Positions 16,952 through 25,505 of a stretch of DNA of 64,000 nt are shown one piece after another. Each line of letters opens with the position of its first letter. The stretch's first letter is position 1. This DNA is from Acidimicrobiales bacterium. Lineage in GTDB: Bacteria > Actinomycetota > Acidimicrobiia > Acidimicrobiales > GCA-2861595. The notes under the pieces are model-generated. The model was given only the letters and a program-made list of their open reading frames with translations, searched no databases and had not been told where the DNA came from. Made by a program: the position numbers and the translations under genes. The DNA lies in the NCBI GenBank assembly GCA_035536185.1, contig DATLOM010000005.1, positions 667 through 64,666 on the forward strand, written 5' to 3'.

Positions 16952-17839
16952 GTGACGGCGCCGGTGCTGGCCGACGCCCTGGGCCCGCGAGCCCGCCGGC
17001 GGGCCCTGGTCGCCTCGGTGGTGGCGAGCCTGGTGATCCTGGCTGGCGTCCTCGTCTTCATCGAACGGTTGCAGGACAGCGGGCAGCTGGAGGCGGGGAA
17101 GTGGCGCCCGCTCGTGCAGTGGCCGGTAGTGAAGTTCTTCCTGGGGGGGCTGGTCAACACGATCAAGGCCGCCTCCACCGCCATGGCCATCGCCGTGGTG
17201 GTGGGTGGCGTCTTTGCCCTGGCCCGCCTGGCCCGCCACCGCCCGCAGCGCTGGCTGGGGACCCTGTACGTCGAGTTCTTCCGGGGGCTGCCGCTCTACG
17301 TGCTGATCCTGTTCTGCAAGTTCGGCCTGCCCCGCCTCGACGTCCGGGTGAGCACGTTCTGGGCGTTGGTGATCGGCTTGTCGCTGTACAACAGCTCCGT
17401 GCTGGCCGAGATCTTCCGGGCCGGCATCCTCTCGCTCGACCGTGGCCAGAGCGAGGCGGCGTCGGCCCTCGGCCTCGGCTACTGGCAGTCGATGCTCTAC
17501 GTGATCGTCCCTCAGGCCGTCCGGCGGATGGTGCCCGCCATCGTGAGCCAGTTGGTCACCCTGCTCAAGGACACCTCGCTCGGCGTGCTCATCTTCTACG
17601 AGGAGCTGCTGCGGCGGGCCCGGATCAGTGCCGAGTTCTACCAGAACACCCTGCAGTCGCTGGTCGTGGTGGCTATCGTCTACATAGCGGTCAACAGCGC
17701 CCTCAGCGCGGTGGCCACCCGCCTGGAGACCCGCCAGCGCCGCCGTTACGGCGCCGGCCGGCTCCGGGTGACCGGCCTGGAGGATCTCGCCCTGACCGAA
17801 GCCAAGGCGGGAGCGGCGGCGGCGCCCGAACGCCGCTGA
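16952..17839 (+). CDS. Amino-acid ABC transporter permease
   Basis: Second permease, with the loop GQSEAASALGLGYWQ. Confidence 0.9.
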   Translation: MTAPVLADALGPRARRRALVASVVASLVILAGVLVFIERLQDSGQLEAGKWRPLVQWPVVKFFLGGLVNTIKAASTAMAIAVVVGGVFALARLARHRPQRWLGTLYVEFFRGLPLYVLILFCKFGLPRLDVRVSTFWALVIGLSLYNSSVLAEIFRAGILSLDRGQSEAASALGLGYWQSMLYVIVPQAVRRMVPAIVSQLVTLLKDTSLGVLIFYEELLRRARISAEFYQNTLQSLVVVAIVYIAVNSALSAVATRLETRQRRRYGAGRLRVTGLEDLALTEAKAGAAAAPERR

Positions 17840-18176
17840 GCGCTGGCGAGGGGGCAAGACCCCTTTGCCTGGCCGCTATTTCGCGAACTTCCCGGTTAGC
17901 ATGGGTGGCCGATCGTCTCAGTGGACCTGTTGAGGACAACCATGCCGGAAGAGCTTTTCCAGCAGCTTCCTCCCACAGGGCTGGATGAAAGCCCCCATAG
18001 TGCCGAAGAGGCGACGGTGAACCCGCACCGCGACCCGAGCGACAAGGCGGCGGATGATCCGGGGCTGGCCACCGCGCCTGCGGCCAGGGCCTCAGGATGA
18101 ACCGCGGCGGCGATGCTGCCGACGGAGACCCTCGACCTGGGAGGCGGTCGCCGGCTGAGGTTCCGGCGCCGGCCGG

Positions 18177-18947
18177 TCAGTCCCTGAAGTAGCTGATGAG
18201 GCGCAGGATCTCGATGTAGAGCCAGACCAGGGTGACGGTGAGGCCGAAGGCCCCCAGCCAGGCCTCCCGCTCGGGGGCGCCGCCGGCAATGGCCTTCTCG
18301 ATGAAGTCGAAGTCGAGGGCCAGCATGAGGCAGGCCACGCCGATGGCCACGAGGCTGAACACGATGGCCAGCGGCCCCCCGTCGCGGAGCCCGAGGCCCC
18401 CGTCGGTGAAGAAGCCGGCGATCAGGTTGACGATCATCAGGCCGAGCAGCCCGATGGCCGCACCCACGACCATCTTGGTCATGCGGGGCGTCACCCGGAT
18501 GCGCCCGGACTTGTAGGCGTAGAGCATGCCAGCGAAGGCCGTGCCGGTGCCGAGCACCGCTTGCACGACGATGCCGGGGTAGGCGTTGTTGAAGGCGTGA
18601 CTGATGGCACCGAGGAAGATGCCTTCGACGGCGGCGTAGGCCAGGATGAGCGGCGGGCTGGTGACCCGCTTGAAGGTGACGACCATGGCCAGTGCGAAGC
18701 CGGCGATGGCGGCGATCATGGCCGGGCCCTGGCCCAGGTCGAGCGCCCAGGCGACAGCGCCGGTGGTGGCGATGATGGCCAGCAGGATGCCGGTGCGCAG
18801 GACGACGCTGTCCACGGTCATCAGCCCGGGTCGGTCGTACATCGCCTCCAGGGTGGAGGTGGAGGTTCCGGTGGGCACCTCGAGACTGGCGGCGCCGGAG
18901 CGGGTGAACGTTCCGGCCCTGGTGAGAACGGGGTTGCTGCTTTGCAT
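18177..18947 (-). CDS. Bax inhibitor-1/YccA-family membrane protein
   Basis: MQSSNPVL start at 18947, about 7 TM segments, and the C-terminal motif LYIEILRLISYF. Confidence 0.85.
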   Translation of the reverse strand: MQSSNPVLTRAGTFTRSGAASLEVPTGTSTSTLEAMYDRPGLMTVDSVVLRTGILLAIIATTGAVAWALDLGQGPAMIAAIAGFALAMVVTFKRVTSPPLILAYAAVEGIFLGAISHAFNNAYPGIVVQAVLGTGTAFAGMLYAYKSGRIRVTPRMTKMVVGAAIGLLGLMIVNLIAGFFTDGGLGLRDGGPLAIVFSLVAIGVACLMLALDFDFIEKAIAGGAPEREAWLGAFGLTVTLVWLYIEILRLISYFRD

Positions 18948-19041
18948 CTTCAGGCTCCTCTTCGGCTCCGCGGGTACGCGAACTTCCCCCACGGTAACGC
19001 CACGGTGGATCAAATTGTTGCCGCGACCAGTGGTCACCTGT

Positions 19042-19545
19042 TCAGGCGTTCTCCTCCTCCTCCGGCTCCCGCTCCTTGCGGCGCACGAAGTAGCTGGCGA
19101 GGGAGAGAATCAGTACCAGGCCGCCCAGAACGGATACCTCCGTCATGGCATCGTTGAAGGCCTCCCCACTCTCGCCGATCGTCTCCTGGCTGGTCAGGGT
19201 GAGCAGGACGATCTCCTTGATGGACGCGATGATGCCGACGATCAGGAAAGGCTCGGCCACCAGCTTCTTCTCCGTCATGGTGGCACGGATACCAGCCAGC
19301 AGCTCCAGGAGGATGAAGGCGAGGAGCAGCCCGTCGAGTGCCTCGGCCACGGCATGCCTAGCGCCCTCGTCGATGTCCAGGGCGAGGTGGTAGCAGACCA
19401 TGACCATTACGACCACGGCGCCGAAGAGCAGGAGGATCCCCGCCGCGGCATAAACGAGGTTCTCGGCGAAGTTGAGCAGGCGATCGGCCGGCTCGGCCAC
19501 CGGCTCCTCTTTCTTGGCGTCCTTCTTGGCTGCAGTGGCGCTCAT
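19042..19545 (-). CDS. PsiE-like small membrane protein
   Basis: 4 TM segments and LLAFILLELLAGIR. The ATG at 19545 forms an ATGA overlap with the upstream gene's stop. Confidence 0.55.
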   Translation of the reverse strand: MSATAAKKDAKKEEPVAEPADRLLNFAENLVYAAAGILLLFGAVVVMVMVCYHLALDIDEGARHAVAEALDGLLLAFILLELLAGIRATMTEKKLVAEPFLIVGIIASIKEIVLLTLTSQETIGESGEAFNDAMTEVSVLGGLVLILSLASYFVRRKEREPEEEENA

Positions 19546-19958
19546 TCGACCCACGGTCCCACGCCGCCGATGCTCTCGACCTCGACCCGCATCACGACGC
19601 CCGGGGGTGGATCGTCGAAGGGGGGGAACTTCACTCCTGGCTCTATGTAGGAGTAAGCGAGGCGCTGGAGCAGGTCGGCCCCGCCGCCCTCGGTGATGCG
19701 AGCCCGCCCGTGGACGACGAGGTACTCCATCAGGCCGATCTCGTTGCGCCGGGTGCCCTCCATCGACATGGCCACCCGGGGGTCACGCTGCACGTTGCGC
19801 AGCTTCTTCCAGTTGCCTAGGTGACCGGAGACGATCTCGTCGTCCTCCAAGCCGACCCACACGATGGTGACGTGGGGGCTGCCGTCGTCATTGAGGGTCA
19901 CGGTATGGGACAGGGGAGAGGACTCGACGAGCTCCACGGCCGCCTGGGGCAGTTTCAT
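19542..19958 (-). CDS. PPOX-class (likely F420-dependent) oxidoreductase
   Basis: TLNDDGSPHVTIVWVGLEDDEIV...RDPRVAMS is typical of the pyridoxamine-5'-phosphate-oxidase split-barrel family. Confidence 0.8.
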   Translation of the reverse strand: MKLPQAAVELVESSPLSHTVTLNDDGSPHVTIVWVGLEDDEIVSGHLGNWKKLRNVQRDPRVAMSMEGTRRNEIGLMEYLVVHGRARITEGGGADLLQRLAYSYIEPGVKFPPFDDPPPGVVMRVEVESIGGVGPWVE

Positions 19959-20002
19959 CGGGGCACGTTATTCGGCTCAGCTCCACCTACCCTCCATGCG
20001 GG

Positions 20003-20629
20003 ATGCGATCAGGAGGCGGCTACGGCTGGCATCACCGGCTCGGCCGGGACCCCGACGCGGTGGCGGGCAAGACGGTCGACCGCACCGTCCTGCGGCGGGT
20101 CTTCACGTTCGCCGGTCCCTACCGCTGGATGCTCGGCGCCTTCCTCGGCACGATCCTCGCCGGGTCCATCGTCGGCATCCTGCCCCCGCTGGTGTTCAGG
20201 AGCCTGATCGACCACCACGCCATTCCCCGTGCCGATGCCGGTGGCGCCAACCGCCTGGCCCTGATCGCGCTGGCGCTGGCCTTCGGGGATGCCGGCCTCA
20301 ACATCCTCCAGCGCTGGTGGGGCGCCCGCATCGCCGAGGGTGTCATCTTCGACCTCCGTTGCGCGCTGCACGACCACGTCCAGCGCATGCCTCTCGCCTT
20401 CTTCACCCGCACCCAGACCGGTTCGCTCATCAGTCGCATGAACAACGACGTGATGGGCGCCCAGCAGGCCTTCACCGGCACCCTCGGCAGCGTGGTGCAG
20501 AACGTGCTGGAGGTGGTGACCCTCTTCGTGATGATCCAGGGCCGCATCGTGGAACGGGGCACTCACGACAAGCTGGTTGATGCCGGCGGCCTGTACAGCG
20601 AGCTCTACGCCACCCAGTACGCCCACTGA
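20003..20629 (+). pseudogene. ABC exporter (MsbA-type) with large in-frame internal deletion
   Basis: About 165 aa of the N-terminal TM domain (FFTRTQTGSLISRMNNDV...) join directly to the extreme C-terminal tail (IQGRIVERGTHDKLVDAGGLYSELYATQ). The rest of the TMD and the whole NBD core are absent. Confidence 0.65.
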
Positions 20630-20650
20630 CCGGAGCATTGGTAGAGACGC

Positions 20651-21049
20651 TCAGTCGGCGTGGACCCGATCGCGGAGCCACGCCGCGAGCCAGGCCTCGT
20701 CCACGTCGTGCGCCGCGACCGCCAACATCGTTGCCTCGGCATCGTCGACATCCGGCGGGTCAGGCTTCCAACTGCAACCGTTCAAGTCGAGAAAGACGAC
20801 GAGCGCCGCCCACGCCGCCCGCTTGTTGCCGTCCGGCAGCGGGTGGTTCCAGGCAAGCCTGCAGGTCAAAACCGCAGCCTTGTCGATGATGTCCGGATAG
20901 AAGTCCTCGGCGCCAAAGCCCGCCGCCGGAGCGTGAAGCGCCGAATCGGCCAGGTCCAGCCGTGCCGCCCTTGTCAGGACGACTGCCTCAATACCAGTCA
21001 CCTGCTCGGCCAGCCAGACGTACTCAGCGAGACTGAGGTACCGCGTCAC
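20651..21049 (-). CDS. Fic/Doc-family toxin
   Basis: The Doc-type motif HPLPDGNKRAAW is present and the 132-aa size fits. Confidence 0.85.
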   Translation of the reverse strand: MTRYLSLAEYVWLAEQVTGIEAVVLTRAARLDLADSALHAPAAGFGAEDFYPDIIDKAAVLTCRLAWNHPLPDGNKRAAWAALVVFLDLNGCSWKPDPPDVDDAEATMLAVAAHDVDEAWLAAWLRDRVHAD

Positions 21050-21255
21050 CGAGCGAGCCGGTCGAGCAACTCCTTGTCACGTTCGAGGAGCTTCCGCGCC
21101 CGCTTGGTGAAGTCCTTGTCGGCTCGGACACGCTCGATCTCGCTCGCAAGCGATTCCACGATGAGCGTGTTGATGCTCGTCCCCCTGATTCTTGCGACAG
21201 CTTCGGCCTCGTCCGCGAGGTCGTCAGGTAGGCGCACAGTCGTTTGCTTGGTCAT
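21046..21255 (-). CDS. Ribbon-helix-helix antitoxin (partner of Doc)
   Basis: MTKQTTVRLPDDLADEAEAVA is an RHH N-terminus. There is a 4-nt overlap with the doc start. Confidence 0.75.
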   Translation of the reverse strand: MTKQTTVRLPDDLADEAEAVARIRGTSINTLIVESLASEIERVRADKDFTKRARKLLERDKELLDRLAR

Positions 21256-21403
21256 GGGATCATGGTATCGTGAAACTGCGATGCACAACCAGGACGCAGC
21301 CTTCAACAAGTAGCCACTCGCCAGATCATCAAGCAGTAGCCGGACCAGCGCGACCGCGCCACCGGGGTGCCAGACAACGTGTTCACCGAAGCCGATCGGC
21401 GGC

Positions 21404-21847
21404 TTAGGCGTCCCCGTTCAGCTCGTCGAGCGTCTCCATCAGGGTCGCCAACCGCTCTTCGCCAACGGTGCGTGCCCACTGCCGCTCGACCGCCGCAATT
21501 ACCTTCCTCGCCGCCCTCACCTCCGCCCTCCCGCGGTCCGTAGGGCGGATCAGCGCAGCACGGCGATCGTGCGGATCGCTTATCCGTTCGACGTAGCCCA
21601 AGCGTTCGAGATCGTCGACCAGCGCACCCATCGACTGTGGAGCGATACCTGCCGACCGTGCTAGCTCGGTCAGTCGGACGCCTTCTTCTTTCAGGTTCTG
21701 GAAGACCTGAGCGTGCGCCGGCCGCATGTCGTCGAACCCCTGCTCGGCGAGGCGGTCGAACACCTCGCCGATGAACGTCTCGTATGCCTGACGGAGCTTG
21801 ATGCCCAGGTGTCGGTGCCCGTAGCCAACCGGCGGATCACTTGACAC
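21404..21847 (-). CDS. MarR-family transcriptional regulator
   Basis: Winged HTH (LTELARSAGIAPQSMGALVDDLERLGYVERISDPHDRRA). The GTG at 21847 was chosen; the upstream part of the listed ORF crosses the divergent promoter. Confidence 0.85.
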   Translation of the reverse strand: MSSDPPVGYGHRHLGIKLRQAYETFIGEVFDRLAEQGFDDMRPAHAQVFQNLKEEGVRLTELARSAGIAPQSMGALVDDLERLGYVERISDPHDRRAALIRPTDRGRAEVRAARKVIAAVERQWARTVGEERLATLMETLDELNGDA

Positions 21848-21873
21848 GTCGATGCCTCTCTGCCATAGTTCTT

Positions 21874-21900
21874 CAGGGTACCTGACTATCAGGTGCCCTG
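21874..21900. promoter_or_regulatory. 12-3-12 inverted repeat (CAGGGTACCTGA cta TCAGGTGCCCTG), candidate MarR operator
   Basis: 11 of 12 arm positions are complementary. It lies in the 88-bp divergent region between the marR gene and 21936..22238. Confidence 0.55.
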
Positions 21901-21935
21901 TCCTAATGTGGACATTACCCCGAAGGAGCAAGCGA

Positions 21936-22238
21936 ATGAGAATGCTCATGAAGTGGAGTCTCGGTACACGAGAAGCCGGCGAGGCGATCCGCAGCGGCCG
22001 CATGGCGGACATCAACAAGATGCTCGACGAGCTGACGAAGCCCGAGGCGCAGTACTTCTGCGTCGAGGGCGGCACCCGGACCGGCTACGTGTTCTTCGAC
22101 ATGGCCGATCTCTCCGACATCCCCCCGATCGCAGAGCCACTGTTCCACGAGCTGAACGCGAAGGTCGAGTTCTTTCCGGCCATGAACGTCGACGACCTCG
22201 GAGCCGGACTTGCCAAGGCGTCGAACGCCTGGATCTGA
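21936..22238 (+). CDS. Hypothetical small protein divergent from MarR
   Basis: A GAAGGAG Shine-Dalgarno sequence lies 7 nt before the ATG. 100 aa, no family recognised. Confidence 0.6.
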   Translation: MRMLMKWSLGTREAGEAIRSGRMADINKMLDELTKPEAQYFCVEGGTRTGYVFFDMADLSDIPPIAEPLFHELNAKVEFFPAMNVDDLGAGLAKASNAWI

Positions 22239-22455
22239 TACGGGACCTCCGAGTCCGCGGACATGCAGTGACCGGCACCTCCGCGGAGTCGGCTGACCAG
22301 GTCGACCGGCCCTGACCGCGGGCAGCGGACACACGTTGTGGTTTGGCCTGTTTGGGGTCTGAGGCGGTCCGCCGGCGGCGGCGGCGGGCCCCTCGACCGC
22401 CGCTGACCAGCCAGATGGTTCGGCGCCCTCGGGAGTCCTCCGTGGCGCCGGCCCA

Positions 22456-22833
22456 TCACACGGTGACGACGTCGAGTCGGGGGTCGAGTCGGCGGAGGTC
22501 GTCCGGATCGGAGGTGACCACGCGAACGGCGCGCTGGCGGGCGAGGACGACAACTGATCCGTCGATCACGTCCGAGGTCCCGGACGCACCGCACAGCTGG
22601 CCGGCTGCCCTCGCTGCGGTGTCGTCGAGGGCGACGACCTGGCACACAGGCGAGCCGAGAAGCCGGACGAGTCGGACTTGGCGCGCACCATCGCGCCACA
22701 CCTGACCAACGACACCGGCCGGGACGACCAGGGCATCCCCGTGGTGCAGCGCCCGGGCCACGATGCCGACGACGCGCCGGTCGTTGCGTTCGAAGCCCAC
22801 GAGGGCCCCGGCGTCGAGTACGGCACCGCTCAA
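22456..22833 (-). CDS. PIN-domain toxin (VapC-like)
   Basis: 125 aa with acidic residues in PIN positions (LDAGALV..., ALDD, TSDPDD). It overlaps the upstream antitoxin by 4 nt. Confidence 0.75.
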   Translation of the reverse strand: MSGAVLDAGALVGFERNDRRVVGIVARALHHGDALVVPAGVVGQVWRDGARQVRLVRLLGSPVCQVVALDDTAARAAGQLCGASGTSDVIDGSVVVLARQRAVRVVTSDPDDLRRLDPRLDVVTV

Positions 22834-23063
22834 CGCCCGAGCACCCGGTCGGCCTCGGCCGACTCCTCGGCGGTAAGCGGTCCTCCCGTGCCTGCGAGCA
22901 TCTCGTCCAGTAGGGAGGCAAGGTCGTCGAGCTTGCTCTTCTGCGCGATGGCGTCTGCCACGTACGCGCTGACGCTCGAAGCACGGCCTTGCGCGACGGC
23001 CTGGTGAGCCCGTTCGACGAGCTCCGGCGGGAGGCTCACGGCGATCTTTGCCTTCGGAGTCAT
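22830..23063 (-). CDS. Ribbon-helix-helix antitoxin (VapB-like)
   Basis: MTPKAKIAVSLPPELVERAHQAV is an RHH N-terminus. An alternative start exists at 23075. Confidence 0.7.
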   Translation of the reverse strand: MTPKAKIAVSLPPELVERAHQAVAQGRASSVSAYVADAIAQKSKLDDLASLLDEMLAGTGGPLTAEESAEADRVLGR

Positions 23064-23169
23064 ACTAACCATCATACCGTGGGCTGGCAACCGACGACAA
23101 CGCAAAGCCTTCAGCCCCAGCCACGAAGGGTGCGACCGTGTCCGACAGCGCCCCCACGTGATCTCGCCT

Positions 23170-23613
23170 TCATGGGGTGTGGAGTGCCATCTCCTCGACA
23201 AGCCAGGCCAAGAAGCTCCCGCAGACGTCCCGGATCTCGTCGAGTTCATGGTCTTGAAAGACCACGGGGCAGTCGCCTTGTTCACTGCGGCTGGTGTCCA
23301 AACAGGCGAGGTTCCCGCCGCCGTCGTTGAGAAGCGGTATCAAGTTGTGAGGCGTCAATGGGTGCATCTCGGTGCGCTCAGACACCGTGATCCGCACGAG
23401 GTCAAGGTGGAAGGGGACATCGTGACCGAGGCCGAACAGCTCGGCTGAGCCGATCTCGATCCAACCAAACTCTCGTAGGTAGAGCCGGTAGTTGGTCGGA
23501 AAGGTGACAGCCAGGTCACGTTCGGCTCTTGCGATTTCATCGGCGGTAGCGCCGGTGCCGTGCTCGACCAGCGGGTGCTCCCGAAGTGACCGACTTACTT
23601 CCTGAAAGGTCAA
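23170..23613 (-). CDS. SMI1/KNR4 (SUKH-1) family immunity-type protein
   Basis: IARAERDLAVTFPTNYRLYLREFG ... IPLLNDGGGNLACLD is the characteristic SUKH-1 pattern. Confidence 0.8.
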   Translation of the reverse strand: MTFQEVSRSLREHPLVEHGTGATADEIARAERDLAVTFPTNYRLYLREFGWIEIGSAELFGLGHDVPFHLDLVRITVSERTEMHPLTPHNLIPLLNDGGGNLACLDTSRSEQGDCPVVFQDHELDEIRDVCGSFLAWLVEEMALHTP

Positions 23614-23670
23614 TGTGCACCGATCGCTATCGCGCCTCGAGAGAGGACGGTCGTCGGAGGGTAGTGAGGC

Positions 23671-23919
23671 TCAGCGGTCCGCTGGAGCGGGTCTCTGGGT
23701 CGGCATCGTCGTGCCGTGGTCGAGTTCGATGGTGACAACTCCGCTCGCCTCGACACCCACGACCGTTCCATCGTAGCGGTTGCCCTCGTAGTCGCCGGTG
23801 AGGACACGTTGGCCGGCGACGGCCAGATCATCAGAGACGAAGAACTTGCGGAGAGTCAGGACACGCCCCTCGTCGTCGATGTCGTGGTAATCGAGCCACA
23901 CGTCCATGTCGTCAGCCAT
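23671..23919 (-). CDS. Hypothetical small acidic protein (82 aa)
   Basis: Clean ORF in the AT-richer islet. No family recognised. Confidence 0.5.
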   Translation of the reverse strand: MADDMDVWLDYHDIDDEGRVLTLRKFFVSDDLAVAGQRVLTGDYEGNRYDGTVVGVEASGVVTIELDHGTTMPTQRPAPADR

Positions 23920-24051
23920 GACAGTTCTCTTTGATCCGAAGGCTACCGCGGGTGGTTTGGGATGGGCGGGTCGAAGGCGTCGCGTGGGACCTAAACAGTG
24001 ATCCGGCGAAGGTAGCTGTGGCTGGTCCCGATCATGATGTTGTAGCCCTTT

Positions 24052-24486
24052 CTATGAGCGCCGTGACACCCGAGAGAACAACCCTTCAACGACTTGTCGA
24101 ATGGGGATCGACATGACGATTACGGACGGGAGAAGGGCGCCGTATAGGTACAAGGTCCAAAGGGTCCTCTGGGTAGCGATCATCCATGCGGAGACACCAA
24201 GAGAGAAAACAAGCCAACCGAGATAGAACGTAAACCTCGCGCTCGACATGGGGGCTTTCGAGCAGGCATCCTCCTCAGCATGCGGCTCACCAGCTTTCGT
24301 GAAGGCTGACACGAGCGTCACGGCAAAAAGAAGGACCATTGCAGTTGCGAGGGCGCTCCTGAGCAAGCCCGGCGACATGGTGCCAGCCACAACCAGGACC
24401 AAGGCATTGAAAATCACGCAGCCGCCCGCGGCGGCGATCAGTTGATTACGGCGGCGGGGGTTGTTGGTGGACATGTACGCGTTCAT
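24052..24486 (-). CDS. Hypothetical 4-TM membrane protein
   Basis: 144 aa with four hydrophobic helices. Local GC content is visibly lower than in the flanks. Confidence 0.55.
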   Translation of the reverse strand: MNAYMSTNNPRRRNQLIAAAGGCVIFNALVLVVAGTMSPGLLRSALATAMVLLFAVTLVSAFTKAGEPHAEEDACSKAPMSSARFTFYLGWLVFSLGVSAWMIATQRTLWTLYLYGALLPSVIVMSIPIRQVVEGLFSRVSRRS

Positions 24487-24998
24487 GCCGGTCTCGCAGA
24501 GCGGCGGCGAGTCGGGATCGGTTCCCCAACCCCGCGAGCAGCCCGTGGTGGACCAGGGCCCATCGCTCGCCCGTCCTCGAGTGAGCCCCGTCGGCCGAGA
24601 TTCAGCGCTCCTTGCCCTTCGCTTGCATGGTCGGCACGAGCCCTCGCCCGGCCTATCCGCTCATGCCGCTCATGCCGGCAACATGTGGGCGCGAGGCGGC
24701 AAGATCGGACGCCTCGTTGCCGTCCCCACCGGTCCACCCGCGTTCCCCCTCTGCAGAAGTGTGACCGTACAGGTCAAGTATCAGCCCGTCAAGGTGCTTC
24801 TCCCTATTTCTCTCCGTGGTCATTGTGGCCGTGAGGAGCTATGAAGCGCCCTCAGCCCTTCATCCGTGGGGCGGGCGGCGGTGGCCAGATCGGCCGACGC
24901 GGTTGAGCACCAGGGCCCGACGGTGGCCACCGCCTCGCCTGCATGGTGGGCAGCACATGTGAGTAGGTGTCCAACGTTCGCGCCTTTGGCGCGATCAG

Positions 24999-25070
24999 CG
25001 CCCTCGGCAGGACTCGAACCTGCGCCACCGGCTCCGGAGGCCGGTGCTCTATCCGCTGAGCTACGAGGGC
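24999..25070 (-). tRNA. tRNA-Arg (anticodon CCG)
   Basis: The reverse complement GCCCTCG-TA-GCTC-AGCGGATA-GAGC-A-CCGGC-CTCCGGA-GCCGG-TGGC-GCAGG-TTCGAGT-CCTGC-CGAGGGC-G folds as a cloverleaf. CCA is not encoded. Confidence 0.9.
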
Positions 25071-25109
25071 CCGTGCGCGGCGATCCTACGGCACGCCTAC
25101 CATGGGGCG

Positions 25110-25484
<375 letters not shown>

Positions 25485-25505
25485 TTCTCCCCCGCCGGCG
25501 CCGGT

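Noticed and set aside
17942-18100. A 52-codon ORF (MPEELFQQLPPTGLDESPHSAEEATVNPHRDPSDKAADDPGLATAPAARASG) in the 337-bp gap after the transporter operon.
   Set aside because: It is below the ORF-track threshold and has no Shine-Dalgarno sequence, a disordered composition and no homology that I recognise. The evidence is insufficient to call it.
24487-24998. The gene-free ~510 bp between the 4-TM gene and tRNA-Arg, searched for an integrase remnant, an att direct repeat of the tRNA 3' end, or a small gene (56-codon minus-strand ORF 24653..24823).
   Set aside because: There is no integrase-like translation in any frame and no repeat of the tRNA 3' half visible at the other island edge (about 20.63 kb). 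The 56-codon ORF lacks a Shine-Dalgarno sequence and any recognisable similarity.
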